From a virus: a DNA stretch of 44,935 nt. The notes under the pieces are model-generated. The model was not told the origin of the DNA, searched no databases, and was given only the letters and a program-made list of their open reading frames with translations. Below are positions 1-9,362 of this stretch, one piece after another. The position numbers were made by a program, and so were the translations under genes. Where the stretch lies: the UHGV virus genome UHGV-0175244. One strand, written 5' to 3'. Position 1 is the first letter of the stretch; each line of letters starts with the position of its first letter.

Positions 1-49
1 GGGAGCATAGCTTGTCACTGATGCGCTCAATTTTACAAGGAATAAACCG

Positions 50-589
50 ATGCCATTACCCGAACGTCTGCAACCAGCCAAAGTAAACCGCCAGAAACTG
101 AAACAGCTAGCGGACATGGCCGAAGAGATACTGGCGCAAATTGATAACGGGGCTAAGGAAGAGGATACCGGGTTGAAAATGTTGATAAATGACTGGAATA
201 GCCTGGTTATTAACCCGTATGCATTCTCTGATTTCCGGGATTTCTCTTCATGGACCAGTGCAAAAGACTTCACCCGGATGGCGTTTAATCAGGAAAAATA
301 CGTGGCGGATTTATCCTGGGATGAGCTGATTCAGATCATCCAGTTTGTGTGTCAGGCCGAAGGTAAGGAATCTGAACAAAGCTACGCGCTGGGACTGCTT
401 GAGAAAAACTTTGATGCCAATCCATCCGACCTCATCTACTGGCCTAATGAATGGTTTCAGGATAAAGACATGCTTCATGTCGATTTAACGCCTGAAGAAA
501 TCGCCGGATACCTGATGGCAAAATCTGGCCGGCGGCTAAGCGATGCGCCGCACATCGAGCTGAAGTATCCTATCCCTTCAAATATTTAA
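50..589 (+). CDS. Two-domain protein with C-terminal colicin/pyocin DNase-type (Im-family) immunity domain
   Basis: 179-aa ORF. The C-terminal half (SWDELIQIIQFVCQAEGKESEQ...NPSDLIYWPNE) aligns by eye with Im7/Im9-type immunity proteins, including the DLIYYP hot-spot motif. The N-terminal ~85 aa is unrecognised. Confidence 0.6.
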   Translation: MPLPERLQPAKVNRQKLKQLADMAEEILAQIDNGAKEEDTGLKMLINDWNSLVINPYAFSDFRDFSSWTSAKDFTRMAFNQEKYVADLSWDELIQIIQFVCQAEGKESEQSYALGLLEKNFDANPSDLIYWPNEWFQDKDMLHVDLTPEEIAGYLMAKSGRRLSDAPHIELKYPIPSNI

Positions 590-1056
590 GGTGTATTACC
601 CTGCCCGCAAAATGTGAGTACGGGCCCCGCTCCAGTGAGGAGTCTACCAGGTATATAGCCTGCGGATATTCAACGTAATGCGCGACTATTATGAATAGTT
701 CAGAGTAACGAACCATGCATAATTTGCGTTATGTCCGACGCCCTTCAGAAGCCAGCGATAGTGTAAGTATCACTGCAAAAAGCAGGGCGAGGCTAAACGT
801 TGTCTTGCAATAGGTAGACCAGGCGATCAACTACTGATGAATCCGTTTAATGCTCCGCCAGGCGCCAACTCAATGAATGCCAAGTCATCGACAGCATGCA
901 CATCTTTGCTGATGAGTTACCACTTAATAAACCCCTGAGTGCTATCCAGGATTGATAGCGGAAACTAGAGGATAAAAGTACATAGCTGCAAAGGTGTTCG
1001 AGTTAGTCGGTTACGTCGTGCTCATGAAGCTATTTTGGGTAATTTGGATGTTGCTA

Positions 1057-1341
1057 TTACCGCGGATGCGGAAAGTATTTCTCCATTTTCACGAACTCTG
1101 GTTCAACCCATTTAGGCCCCTTCACTACTTGACCATTCTCACCAGTCATCAAAATTCCGGCCTGATATAATCGGTCAAACGACTCGATTAATTCCGCATT
1201 TGTGATGTGCTCTGTTCGCCCCCTGATGATTAATGGGTCTAATCTGTACAAAGGAATCTTGTACGCAAGCGCGGTTAGCAGGTCATCAATAGACTCATCA
1301 CGAAGCATTGCCTTAAATCTTTCAAGTTCAATATCTGACAT
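1057..1341 (-). CDS. Hypothetical protein (94 aa) in AT-rich islet
   Basis: Clean ORF (MSDIELERFKAMLRDES...). No motif recognised. It sits outside the prophage, next to the immunity-like gene. Confidence 0.45.
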   Translation of the reverse strand: MSDIELERFKAMLRDESIDDLLTALAYKIPLYRLDPLIIRGRTEHITNAELIESFDRLYQAGILMTGENGQVVKGPKWVEPEFVKMEKYFPHPR

Positions 1342-1803
1342 GTGAAATCAGGCTCCTGTTCCTTCAATATAACGAAGGAGTATTCATATATTACCCAAGC
1401 CTTAATATTTTTGAGGAAGGCTCCTGACAGCAACTGTATCCTACCACAGCCGCCATGCTTAGCGCTCGCTGATTATCGGTCTGAAAACATGATGCGGGTA
1501 ATGAAGTGCCCCTGCTGTTACGTGTCGTTGGCTGACAATAATGCATTCCAACTCACGCGCATCAAACGGTGCTAAAGGCCACCGCCATCAGACAGCTTAT
1601 AGGGTTTGTCCTTAGTTTTAGATATATCGACCTGGCGGGCTGCGAGCTTCACCTGAGGTATCTCCTTTCATTGAACAGGAATCTCCCTCCACATGAATGT
1701 GGATTTCAATGAATCATACAAGACATTGAGGTAATGGAATATTTGAAAATGCCGCGTATATACTGGGCTGAGTAGACTTCAGGGGACGTTAAGAGAAGTG
1801 AGT

Positions 1804-1849
1804 ATGGCACGCCCTACAGGATTCGAACCTGTGACCTACGGCTTAGAAG
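1804..1849. repeat. attL: 46-bp copy of the 3' part of tRNA-Arg (att core duplicate)
   Basis: ATGGCACGCCCTACAGGATTCGAACCTGTGACCTACGGCTTAGAAG is identical to 43602-43647. The flanks diverge immediately on both sides. Confidence 0.92.
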
Positions 1850-1908
1850 AAAGTAGAGCGTTAAATAACACACTGTAATCACACATGTTTTCCGCGTTCG
1901 CATCCGGT

Positions 1909-1936
1909 TTTGTGTCGTTTCGTGTCGTTGTGTGAC
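1909..1936 (+). promoter_or_regulatory. Candidate integrase arm-type binding sites (tandem TTGTGTCGTT / TCGTGTCGTT / GTGTGAC)
   Basis: 10-bp tandem repeats lie ~60 bp from the core. The same 9-mer (TTGTGTCGT) occurs twice in inverted orientation at 43534-43555 on the other side of the core. Confidence 0.45.
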
Positions 1937-2014
1937 TTCCTTGTCCTTATCGCGCTTTTCAGTTACGCCACAAATGCGACACATCAAACAGGACTGGCAT
2001 CCTGCCTCAAATCG

Positions 2015-2311
2015 TTAATCGTGTGTGGCTACGCCGAGAACTTCCACATCTTCCAGCGCCTCACCTTCAATGCTCTCGCCTTCGGCTGTGATAAAAGAGC
2101 TGCCCATCAATTTTGCAAACTGCAGTTCGCCAGCCAGGCGGATAAGCAGGACGCTTCCTTGCGTCACTTTTAACGACAGGTCAACTGAGTATTTTTCAGC
2201 GATTCCGACAGTAACGGTAACAGAAGCGGCATTTTCATCGAGAGAAAGAGACTTTACCTGCCACAGAGCTGACAAGTTGAGGATATGTGCATAGAGGGAC
2301 TTTTCGTCCAT
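2015..2311 (-). CDS. Hypothetical protein (98 aa), divergent from gtrA
   Basis: The ORF has a GAGGT SD 8 nt upstream of the ATG. No confident family assignment. Confidence 0.45.
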   Translation of the reverse strand: MDEKSLYAHILNLSALWQVKSLSLDENAASVTVTVGIAEKYSVDLSLKVTQGSVLLIRLAGELQFAKLMGSSFITAEGESIEGEALEDVEVLGVATHD

Positions 2312-2546
2312 GGTGGTGACCTCTGGCGATTTAATACGCCATTATCATGCCTTCAGCCACCACAACAAGGGAAGACCCATGGATAAACAGTAATATCGAT
2401 CGGTAGATTTGATCAAGGCGAAACGGCTCACAGTTTTGTAAAGCCACTGTTGGCGCTGAAATTTTAATCTGGCGGCTTCGTTTATGGGTGACTAACCTCA
2501 AATTACCCACCCCGTAGCCAGCTCAGAGAGGCGCGGTTGAGTCATT

Positions 2547-2567
2547 GCCCGGTCGCCGGGCTTTTTT
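2547..2567 (+). terminator. Rho-independent terminator-like hairpin with no assigned upstream gene
   Basis: GCCCGG-tcg-CCGGGC followed by TTTTTT. It lies ~80 nt upstream of the gtrA start. Confidence 0.45.
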
Positions 2568-2648
2568 CATTAACCCCGCTTTACTAATTCTTGCCAAAAA
2601 CCAGACGTAGTGGCAAGATCCGCACCTTGCGATTATAGGAATATACTG

Positions 2649-3008
2649 ATGTTAAAGCTGTTCGCTCGCTACGCTTCAGTTGGGGCGGTTAACACTCTCA
2701 TTCACTGGATAATTTTTGCTGCTCTTTACTCACAGGGCTTCAACCAGTCGATGTCAAACTTTGCGGCCTTCTGTTGCGCGGTAACCTTTTCATTTTTCGC
2801 AAATGCCAAGTGGACATTTGACGCTGAGACCACCACGTTTCGCTACATAATTTATCTTTTCTTTATGGGCGGCATGGCATCTGCAGTTGGAATGTATGCG
2901 GACAGGTCGCACTCCAGCCCTGTTATTACGCTTATTGCTTTTTCTGCCATCAGCATGGTGTGTGGATTCATTTATTCAAAGTACATTGTTTTCAAGGATA
3001 GAGGATGA
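2649..3008 (+). CDS. gtrA: GtrA, bactoprenol-linked glucose flippase
   Basis: 120-aa 4-TM protein ([20 protein letters not shown]...) typical of GtrA. AGGA SD before the ATG at 2649. ATGA overlap with gtrB. Confidence 0.85.
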   Translation: MLKLFARYASVGAVNTLIHWIIFAALYSQGFNQSMSNFAAFCCAVTFSFFANAKWTFDAETTTFRYIIYLFFMGGMASAVGMYADRSHSSPVITLIAFSAISMVCGFIYSKYIVFKDRG

Positions 3009-3934
3009 AAATATCCCTTGTCGTTCCGGTATTTAATGAAGAAGACGCCATAACCATTTTCTATAGGGAAATCCGTCATTTTCAGCCCTTCCAGGGGGAA
3101 GAGGTTGAAATTGTCTTTGTAGATGACGGTAGCACTGACTTCACTGCTGTTCTGATGAAAGAGATGGCGCAGGAAGATAGTCTGGTCAAAAACATATTCT
3201 TTACTCGCAACTTTGGTAAAGAAGCTGCGTTATTTGCTGGGCTAGCAGAGGCCAGCGGCGAGGTGGTAATACCTATAGACGTGGACCTTCAGGACCCGCT
3301 GGAAGTCATTCCGCGCATGATTGAGAAATGGCGAGAAGGGGCTGATGTTGTTCTGGCAAAGCGCATGGATAGGTCTTGCGATAGCTACCTCAAGAAAAAA
3401 AGCGCTGAATGGTTCTACCATCTTCACAACTTAATCAGTAATCCTCAAATTGAAGAGAACGTAGGCGATTTTCGTCTTATGTCCCGAGAAGTTGTCGAAC
3501 ACATCAAGCTGCTGCCTGAGAGAAACCTTTTTATGAAGGGGATACTATCCTGGGTAGGTGGTAAGACAGATGTGGTTGAATACGTAAGAGCCGAAAGAGC
3601 CGCAGGAAAAAGTAAGTTTAATGGCTGGAAGCTTTGGAATCTGGCGCTTGAAGGGATAACGAGTTTTTCTACCTTCCCGCTGAGAATGTGGACGTATATC
3701 GGTCTCTTCGTAGCCGGTTGCTCATTTTTTTATGGGGCATACATGATTGTGGATACCCTTTGTTTTGGCAATCCGGTGAAGGGATATACATCGATAATGG
3801 TATCGATGCTATTCCTTGGCGGCGTTCAGCTGATAGGTATTGGAGTGCTCGGCGAATACATTGGCCGCATTTACATCGAAACAAAGAACAGACCAAGATA
3901 CATTACGAAAAGGGATAATGTTGAACATGAGTGA
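3005..3934 (+). CDS. gtrB: GtrB, bactoprenol glucosyltransferase (GT2)
   Basis: 309 aa. The N-terminal GT2 fold ([13 protein letters not shown]...VDDGSTD...DVDLQDP) and two C-terminal TM segments are typical of GtrB. Confidence 0.9.
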   Translation: MKISLVVPVFNEEDAITIFYREIRHFQPFQGEEVEIVFVDDGSTDFTAVLMKEMAQEDSLVKNIFFTRNFGKEAALFAGLAEASGEVVIPIDVDLQDPLEVIPRMIEKWREGADVVLAKRMDRSCDSYLKKKSAEWFYHLHNLISNPQIEENVGDFRLMSREVVEHIKLLPERNLFMKGILSWVGGKTDVVEYVRAERAAGKSKFNGWKLWNLALEGITSFSTFPLRMWTYIGLFVAGCSFFYGAYMIVDTLCFGNPVKGYTSIMVSMLFLGGVQLIGIGVLGEYIGRIYIETKNRPRYITKRDNVEHE

Positions 3935-5411
3935 TTCAGCGTTAAAAAACGATAAATTCCAGCGAATTTTTAGAATTGTTTTGCCATTGTCCCTTTTATA
4001 CATATCTTGGATTGTTTTTACTGGCAGACTTTACATTGATGACTTAGGCCGTTCTCTTTACGGTTATACATCGTGGGGACAGGACGGCAGGCCAGCCTCT
4101 GATCTATTAATGTCAGCCTTGAGTTTTGGCACGCCAATCCTAGACATTACACCCCTTCCCCAGATTTTATCTGTCATTGCCTTAAGTGCAGTTCTGTCAC
4201 TTTGGGGGGTAAAGTATCTGCCAAGAAAAGGCACAACCTCTTCTGCTGTATGTGTTTTATATTTTATTCTATCACCATTTTTCCTTGAGAATATCTCATA
4301 TCGTTATGACTCACTACCTATGTCTTTGAGTCTTGTTGCACTATTATTGCCATATGCATTGAAGAAAAAACCTTGGTCTCCTTTTCTACATTTCATTTCT
4401 GTTATCGCTTCCCTGTCTTTTTATCAGGCATCAATATCGTTATTCATATTACTTATGATTATTGATGTAATTCATCTTTATTTTTCTAAAAAAGATGATT
4501 TAAGACATCTAGAAATAATCAAGTCAATTGCAATTAACACGCTTGCCTTTGCTGCTGGATTTGTTTTTTATAAGGTATTAATTGCTAGCTCCTTTGCGTC
4601 AGGCTCTTATTCTGATGAGCACTCAAAAATTATAAACGTTGACCACACCTTTTTTGATGTACTGTATAATAATACAGTTGTCATATTTACGTGGCTTTTA
4701 AACCCGCTTTATAAGTGCTCACCTTTTCTCTTTAAGGGGTGCGCATTGATCTTGCTAGTTAGCATCATAAAGATATCAATGACATCCAAAGATGTGAAAT
4801 CCAGAGTTATTAACTTATTTTTACTTTCCGCCTTGATTACTGCGGGCTTTTTCTCTTGCTTTGCACACATTGCACTTCTTAAAACCCCTGTGCTAGCGCC
4901 TAGAGTATTAATATCTTTCACAGGATTCTTCCTGCTTTTTGCATACCTAGTAGTCCAAGCCTTTGAAAGTAAAAAAATTCAGCTGATACTTTTGGCCCCT
5001 GTTGTTTTTTTTAGTTTCATACTTTCATTTTCTTATGCAAACGCATCAAGCTCCCAAAAGGAGCTAGATAAATTAATTTCCACCTCAATTTATAACGACA
5101 TTTCTCATCAAGATTTGAGTTTTAAAAATGTTTTCATTCATGGCGTTATGCCAACATCGAAGCAGAGGGCATTGATAGTCGAGAGACTTCCGATAATGAA
5201 TTCTCTGATACCTATTTATTTAAATAACAATTGGTCTTGGGGGGCTATGATTCTTAAGCATTACCTTCTCGACTACAATGTGGACGCAACAATTACAGAT
5301 CCAAAAAAGGAAATCTGCTCCTTAACACCATTCTCCAGGTCTAAGGATTATTCACTATACAGCAAAGGTGATACCTTAATAGTATCATTTGATAAGACTG
5401 GATGCCGCTGA
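3918..5411 (+). CDS. GtrC-type serotype-specific O-antigen glucosyltransferase (polytopic membrane protein)
   Basis: ~497-aa highly hydrophobic ORF immediately after gtrB. It is visibly AT-rich relative to the rest of the prophage. The start is 3918 or 3927; the upstream part of the 3840 ORF overlaps gtrB. Confidence 0.7.
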   Translation: MLNMSDSALKNDKFQRIFRIVLPLSLLYISWIVFTGRLYIDDLGRSLYGYTSWGQDGRPASDLLMSALSFGTPILDITPLPQILSVIALSAVLSLWGVKYLPRKGTTSSAVCVLYFILSPFFLENISYRYDSLPMSLSLVALLLPYALKKKPWSPFLHFISVIASLSFYQASISLFILLMIIDVIHLYFSKKDDLRHLEIIKSIAINTLAFAAGFVFYKVLIASSFASGSYSDEHSKIINVDHTFFDVLYNNTVVIFTWLLNPLYKCSPFLFKGCALILLVSIIKISMTSKDVKSRVINLFLLSALITAGFFSCFAHIALLKTPVLAPRVLISFTGFFLLFAYLVVQAFESKKIQLILLAPVVFFSFILSFSYANASSSQKELDKLISTSIYNDISHQDLSFKNVFIHGVMPTSKQRALIVERLPIMNSLIPIYLNNNWSWGAMILKHYLLDYNVDATITDPKKEICSLTPFSRSKDYSLYSKGDTLIVSFDKTGCR

Positions 5412-5420
5412 TTAAAGTCT

Positions 5421-5437
5421 AGGCCGCCATGCGGCCT
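5421..5437. terminator. Bidirectional hairpin terminator between convergent gtrC-type gene and tail-fibre assembly gene
   Basis: AGGCCGC-cat-GCGGCCT, a perfect 7-bp stem, followed by a T-rich tract. Confidence 0.6.
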
Positions 5438-5440
5438 ACT

Positions 5441-5836
5441 TTATTTTGGCCAGTCAATATCAGGTGCCTTGGAAGTATCAACCCGGCTTAAAAGCACGCG
5501 ATATTTTTTCAGTGTAGTTAACTGTGTTCTTTCTTCATCTGTCGCCATGTCTAGGTCGACCGCATCCTGAAGTATGGAGATCGTCTGGCTTGCTTCAGCT
5601 ATAAGATTAGCCTTTTGCTGCTCTGCCTGAGAAATCAAATCCTCTTTTGGTACCTCCGGCTCAGGAGGAACGTTAAACACACCTTCTTTGTATGTTCCGC
5701 CAATCCCGCAAAGATTATCACCGCACCTTACTGCATGAGCGCCTTCAGGCGGCCCCCATTCTGTGACGCCATCCCATACAACAATATTAATTATCAGGCC
5801 ATCTGAGTTAACAACTGCATAGCTTTCCGGAACCAT
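5441..5836 (-). CDS. Tail fibre assembly protein (Tfa/Mu U-like chaperone)
   Basis: The C-terminal motif ...DEERTQLTTLKKYRVLLSRVDTSKAPDIDWP is typical of the Tfa family. It lies directly downstream of the tail fibre gene. Confidence 0.8.
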   Translation of the reverse strand: MVPESYAVVNSDGLIINIVVWDGVTEWGPPEGAHAVRCGDNLCGIGGTYKEGVFNVPPEPEVPKEDLISQAEQQKANLIAEASQTISILQDAVDLDMATDEERTQLTTLKKYRVLLSRVDTSKAPDIDWPK

Positions 5837-6765
5837 TACGCGTACTCCATAATCAGTATTGCGCCATCATTTCCCGCAAGCCCAGCCTGAGCAGCGGAGC
5901 TTGCGTTAACAAAAATACCAGACCCCCCACGCCCTCTCTCACCACCAGGGAAAGGAGATGCCGGAGAAAGCCATCCGGTTCCCGATCCTGTCGCTGCCTG
6001 AAGAAAGTTCCACGCCTGTGAACCAGTACTGGAGAGAATAATCTCAGTACTGTGGTATTTGTTGATAACTGGCTTGTCATATGATGGCTGCGCAACTGCG
6101 GTAGTAGCGCCGACTGATCCCGGGCCTGACCCATACCCTCCAGTAACATCAGCGATATCTGCAATTGCGGTTGTACCACCTGCAAACCCGGCGCCATTTA
6201 CCTGTGACTTGCCACCAGTACCAACGCTTACAGCCTTACCTGCACCAATATCAGATGCATACGCCTTTATAAATGCGTAACCTCCACTGTTACCGGCGGC
6301 AGATCCACCAGTCTGATTCGACGAAGTTGCAGGAACTCCGCCTGACGCACCTCCACCGGCTATCATATGAGCAAGAATGAACTTCATGCCTGGAGTAGGA
6401 TTATAAATACCGGAGTTGTAGAATACCTGTATGTTTAGCAGCCTACCAACGTATCCGCTCGCATCTCCCAAACCAAGGTTTTCGAGAGCCGTTTTCACCG
6501 TGCCATCCGATTTGATATCACCAAACGGATTCTTGCGGCTTAACAGCAGCGCACGAAGCGCGGTAAGCAGCTGGTCGTGCCGCCCCTTCTCCAGGCTGGC
6601 ACCGGATGCCTCAACAACGCTACAAAGTTCTTCCTGCAACATGTCAAAGTAGTCATCATCCAGATCGGTGGCAGGTGTGCCGGTCTGGGGGTTACCACGG
6701 GTAAAACCGTTCTTACCCGCGCCGAACTTATCCTTCTGCGCGGTTTTCGTGTCTATACGATGCAT
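5836..6765 (-). CDS. Tail fibre protein with glycine-rich C-terminal domain
   Basis: The N-terminus [46 protein letters not shown] is typical of Mu/P2-like prophage tail fibres. It sits between the baseplate genes and tfa. Confidence 0.75.
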   Translation of the reverse strand: MHRIDTKTAQKDKFGAGKNGFTRGNPQTGTPATDLDDDYFDMLQEELCSVVEASGASLEKGRHDQLLTALRALLLSRKNPFGDIKSDGTVKTALENLGLGDASGYVGRLLNIQVFYNSGIYNPTPGMKFILAHMIAGGGASGGVPATSSNQTGGSAAGNSGGYAFIKAYASDIGAGKAVSVGTGGKSQVNGAGFAGGTTAIADIADVTGGYGSGPGSVGATTAVAQPSYDKPVINKYHSTEIILSSTGSQAWNFLQAATGSGTGWLSPASPFPGGERGRGGSGIFVNASSAAQAGLAGNDGAILIMEYA

Positions 6766-6768
6766 GGA

Positions 6769-7353
6769 TTACTCCGGATATTTAAAAATTACGTAGGTAT
6801 GCGACGGGCAGAGTTTGTTAAGCACGCACTCGACAACGGTGTCGCCCCAGATACGCAGTGCGGAATCACAGGGATCGCCACATGTCATCCAGGTGGTGTT
6901 GGTGGCTGCTGGCATGTTGATCTGCCAGTAATACCGCCATTCAGGCGCGTTCACAGCGTCAGTACAGGCCGATGAGCAGGTGAACGTGCTTTTGTCGTAT
7001 CGCGTGATGGTGGCATCTGGTCTGCCCAGGGCAGCAAGCTGTGCAAGATAAAAATCCTCGTTGATGCCGCCCGCCAGGTTAACCTTCGCATCCAGTCGTT
7101 GCTGACGCTGGCGAAGGGTCTGTGTTCCTGCGGGAATACATTCATCCGGCAGGCCGCACAGACGCTCCCAGCGATTTATCAGTTCGGTGGTGGTGCGCGG
7201 ATCCAGCTCCCGCATCAGGGCATCCGCACGCTGATGAACGCGGGTTAATGACGGTGCCGCACCGGCAATCGCCGGATCGCTGGCTGACCACGCCGGACCG
7301 GGCGGCAGCAGTGCCGACAACAGACGGATGTAATCATCGTTTGTCACGTCCAT
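6769..7353 (-). CDS. Mu gp48-like / YmfQ (DUF2313) baseplate-tail fibre connector protein
   Basis: 194 aa ([12 protein letters not shown]...[11 protein letters not shown]) resembling the YmfQ family. Synteny is right after the baseplate J gene. Confidence 0.65.
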   Translation of the reverse strand: MDVTNDDYIRLLSALLPPGPAWSASDPAIAGAAPSLTRVHQRADALMRELDPRTTTELINRWERLCGLPDECIPAGTQTLRQRQQRLDAKVNLAGGINEDFYLAQLAALGRPDATITRYDKSTFTCSSACTDAVNAPEWRYYWQINMPAATNTTWMTCGDPCDSALRIWGDTVVECVLNKLCPSHTYVIFKYPE

Positions 7354-8402
7354 GAAATCGTCCCCAGAACCGCCAGTTCATTTTTTGCAATGGAGATATT
7401 TTCCGCCGGTGCAAGCAACTGATGGCTGTATTCCCCGTTCGCACCGGAAATCGCTTCACTGATACGCGACACCTTCAGTTCTCCCTGGGGATAACCATCA
7501 CGCAGCAGGAACGAACGCAACTCCGCGGTGATGGCAGCCCGTATTTCCGGTGTATCCGGCGTCACACGGATATGAAAATCCACCGTATGCGCCACCGGCC
7601 TGAACACATACAAATCAGAGCCTGCCACCGGGGCCAGTGGCCCGATATGTTGTCTTGCCGCCGTTTCCGTTGATTCTTCCGGAATGGGATTAATCAGGTC
7701 ACTGCTGGCAATCATCACACCGACAGTCCCCGTTCCCATCCAGTGACGGTATGCCCATGCGCGGGTAATGCCGGGCACTTCTTTAGCCCAGACAACATAG
7801 TCCCCGTCAGCCCCGCCCTGAGGAGTCCAGTAATACCGCTCAATGACGCGGGCGCGCCACGTTTCCAGATCTTCAGTATCAAATCCACCTGTCAGAGTGT
7901 CTGCCACGCCGGAAGACGGCAGACCATTAACCGGCGTAACCAGGATTAATGACGTACCGTCGTCAGCGTTACCGACCGCTCCTGCACTTGAGCAGGCGAT
8001 CGGCACGCGCAGGACACCACCGGCGCTGGTTGCATCGGCAGTTGCCGTGTACTGAACCAGGTCATCGCGCTGAATAACACTCCCGGCGGTCACCTTCAGG
8101 CCATCGCTGACGCCTTCCCAGCGCATATACCCGCTGGCAGTCGTGGCCCCCTTGCGCGGACACCGTTTCATCGCAGCATGTCGCGCCAGCCAGGACTCAT
8201 CGCACAGGTCAGGCAGCATGTTCATTGCCAGATAATCGATGTACCCGTAAACCGTATGCAGCGCCGCCGCATACACCTTTGCCCGCACGTCTTCATCCAT
8301 GCGCCGGAGCGTGTCGCTGACGTCCAGCCTGGCGAATAAATCGTTACGGAGCATACTGATATTTTCTGCCAGCGTCGGGCGCTGAAATTCACTGTCCGCC
8401 AT
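7344..8402 (-). CDS. Baseplate J-like protein (Mu gp47-like)
   Basis: 352 aa, in conserved Mu-type baseplate order (gp45-gp46-gp47-gp48). Confidence 0.75.
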   Translation of the reverse strand: MADSEFQRPTLAENISMLRNDLFARLDVSDTLRRMDEDVRAKVYAAALHTVYGYIDYLAMNMLPDLCDESWLARHAAMKRCPRKGATTASGYMRWEGVSDGLKVTAGSVIQRDDLVQYTATADATSAGGVLRVPIACSSAGAVGNADDGTSLILVTPVNGLPSSGVADTLTGGFDTEDLETWRARVIERYYWTPQGGADGDYVVWAKEVPGITRAWAYRHWMGTGTVGVMIASSDLINPIPEESTETAARQHIGPLAPVAGSDLYVFRPVAHTVDFHIRVTPDTPEIRAAITAELRSFLLRDGYPQGELKVSRISEAISGANGEYSHQLLAPAENISIAKNELAVLGTISWT

Positions 8403-8817
8403 GCGTTATCGCACTCCACAGATCATCAAAAGAAATCATTACCGGTCCGTCACGACGCCAGAGAGTGATACTGTTACCCAGTTCATTAATCCCGGTGCGG
8501 CGGATATCCAGATCAATACGGGACACCACGCCGTCATCAATCATCCATTGCAGGCATTCGCGGATATACCCCCTTACCGTCTGCACCAGCTGATTGGTCA
8601 GTTTGCTGCGCTGAAGCAGCCACAGTCGGGAGCCGTAACGGTCATTCTGTACCGCAGGCCAGGTATCCCCCCACCATCCCATCGGGACGTCGGCGTTGTC
8701 ATCAGGCTCCGCCCGCCGCCAGGTAAACAGGGAAATCACCACGGCGCGGGTCAGCGGATCCAGCGGTGCGCTGGCGCAGGTGCGTTTACCGTTCACCGTC
8801 AGCCACAGTTCCATCAT
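8389..8817 (-). CDS. Mu gp46-like baseplate protein
   Basis: 142 aa. Position and size match the GP46 family between the V-like and J-like genes. Confidence 0.65.
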   Translation of the reverse strand: MMELWLTVNGKRTCASAPLDPLTRAVVISLFTWRRAEPDDNADVPMGWWGDTWPAVQNDRYGSRLWLLQRSKLTNQLVQTVRGYIRECLQWMIDDGVVSRIDLDIRRTGINELGNSITLWRRDGPVMISFDDLWSAITHGGQ

Positions 8818-9362
8818 GCCTCCATCGCTTTATCAGGTTTGTCGGTGTTACTGCCCTGACCGTTCTCTCTGTGACGATGCCCGTTATAGGCAAGCCGCAT
8901 CGCTGACATGGTGGTGCCGCTGGAGTCGCACAGGTCTTTCACCTGTCCTGTCACTTCCAGGTCCATTTCAAAACGTGCTTTAGGTGAATTGCGAAACGTG
9001 ATCGTTTTGCCTGCACCGTCCACCACGATCCCCTCCCGGGTCAGCGTCACGGACTGCCCCTGATCGTCATAGACAGCCACCTCACCCGTTTGCAGCCCTT
9101 TCAGGCGGTAGCGACGGTCCGACACCGTAACAACCACCGCATGAGAACGGTCGCCATCCGGAAACAACACCACCGCTTCCGCACCGCTGTTTGCCCTTGC
9201 GGTAAAACCGTAGGGTTCAAGATGTTCAACCCCGGCTTTGGGTTCACCGGCAATCAGGGACACATCCACGGTCTGACATTTCGTGGCGGCACTGATGCTT
9301 TTCACCACGGCCCGCCCAATCAGGCCGAGGAGTTGTCGCTGCATGGCTTCAATCGTCCTCAT
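8814..9362 (-). CDS. Baseplate assembly protein V / spike (Mu gp45-like)
   Basis: 182 aa with the LIGRAVV...VDV beta-rich N-terminal domain typical of gpV. Synteny supports the call. Confidence 0.7.
   Translation of the reverse strand: MRTIEAMQRQLLGLIGRAVVKSISAATKCQTVDVSLIAGEPKAGVEHLEPYGFTARANSGAEAVVLFPDGDRSHAVVVTVSDRRYRLKGLQTGEVAVYDDQGQSVTLTREGIVVDGAGKTITFRNSPKARFEMDLEVTGQVKDLCDSSGTTMSAMRLAYNGHRHRENGQGSNTDKPDKAMEA

Noticed and set aside
1342-1575. 77-aa plus-strand ORF starting immediately after the reverse ORF 1057-1341.
   Set aside because: It is Cys-rich and low-complexity, has no SD, and starts inside the promoter or leader region of the neighbouring gene. It is probably spurious.
2015-2311. 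Possible ISL3-type transposase N-terminal fragment (LYAHILNLSALWQVKSLSLDENAASVTV).
   Set aside because: The resemblance covers only ~25 residues. There is no DDE domain, inverted repeat or further transposase remnant nearby. It is kept as a hypothetical protein.
5836-6765. Diversity-generating retroelement or invertible (Gin/Cin-type) tail-fibre switch.
   Set aside because: There is no reverse transcriptase, template repeat, invertase gene or inverted crossover sites around the fibre and tfa genes. Only one fibre-tfa pair is present.
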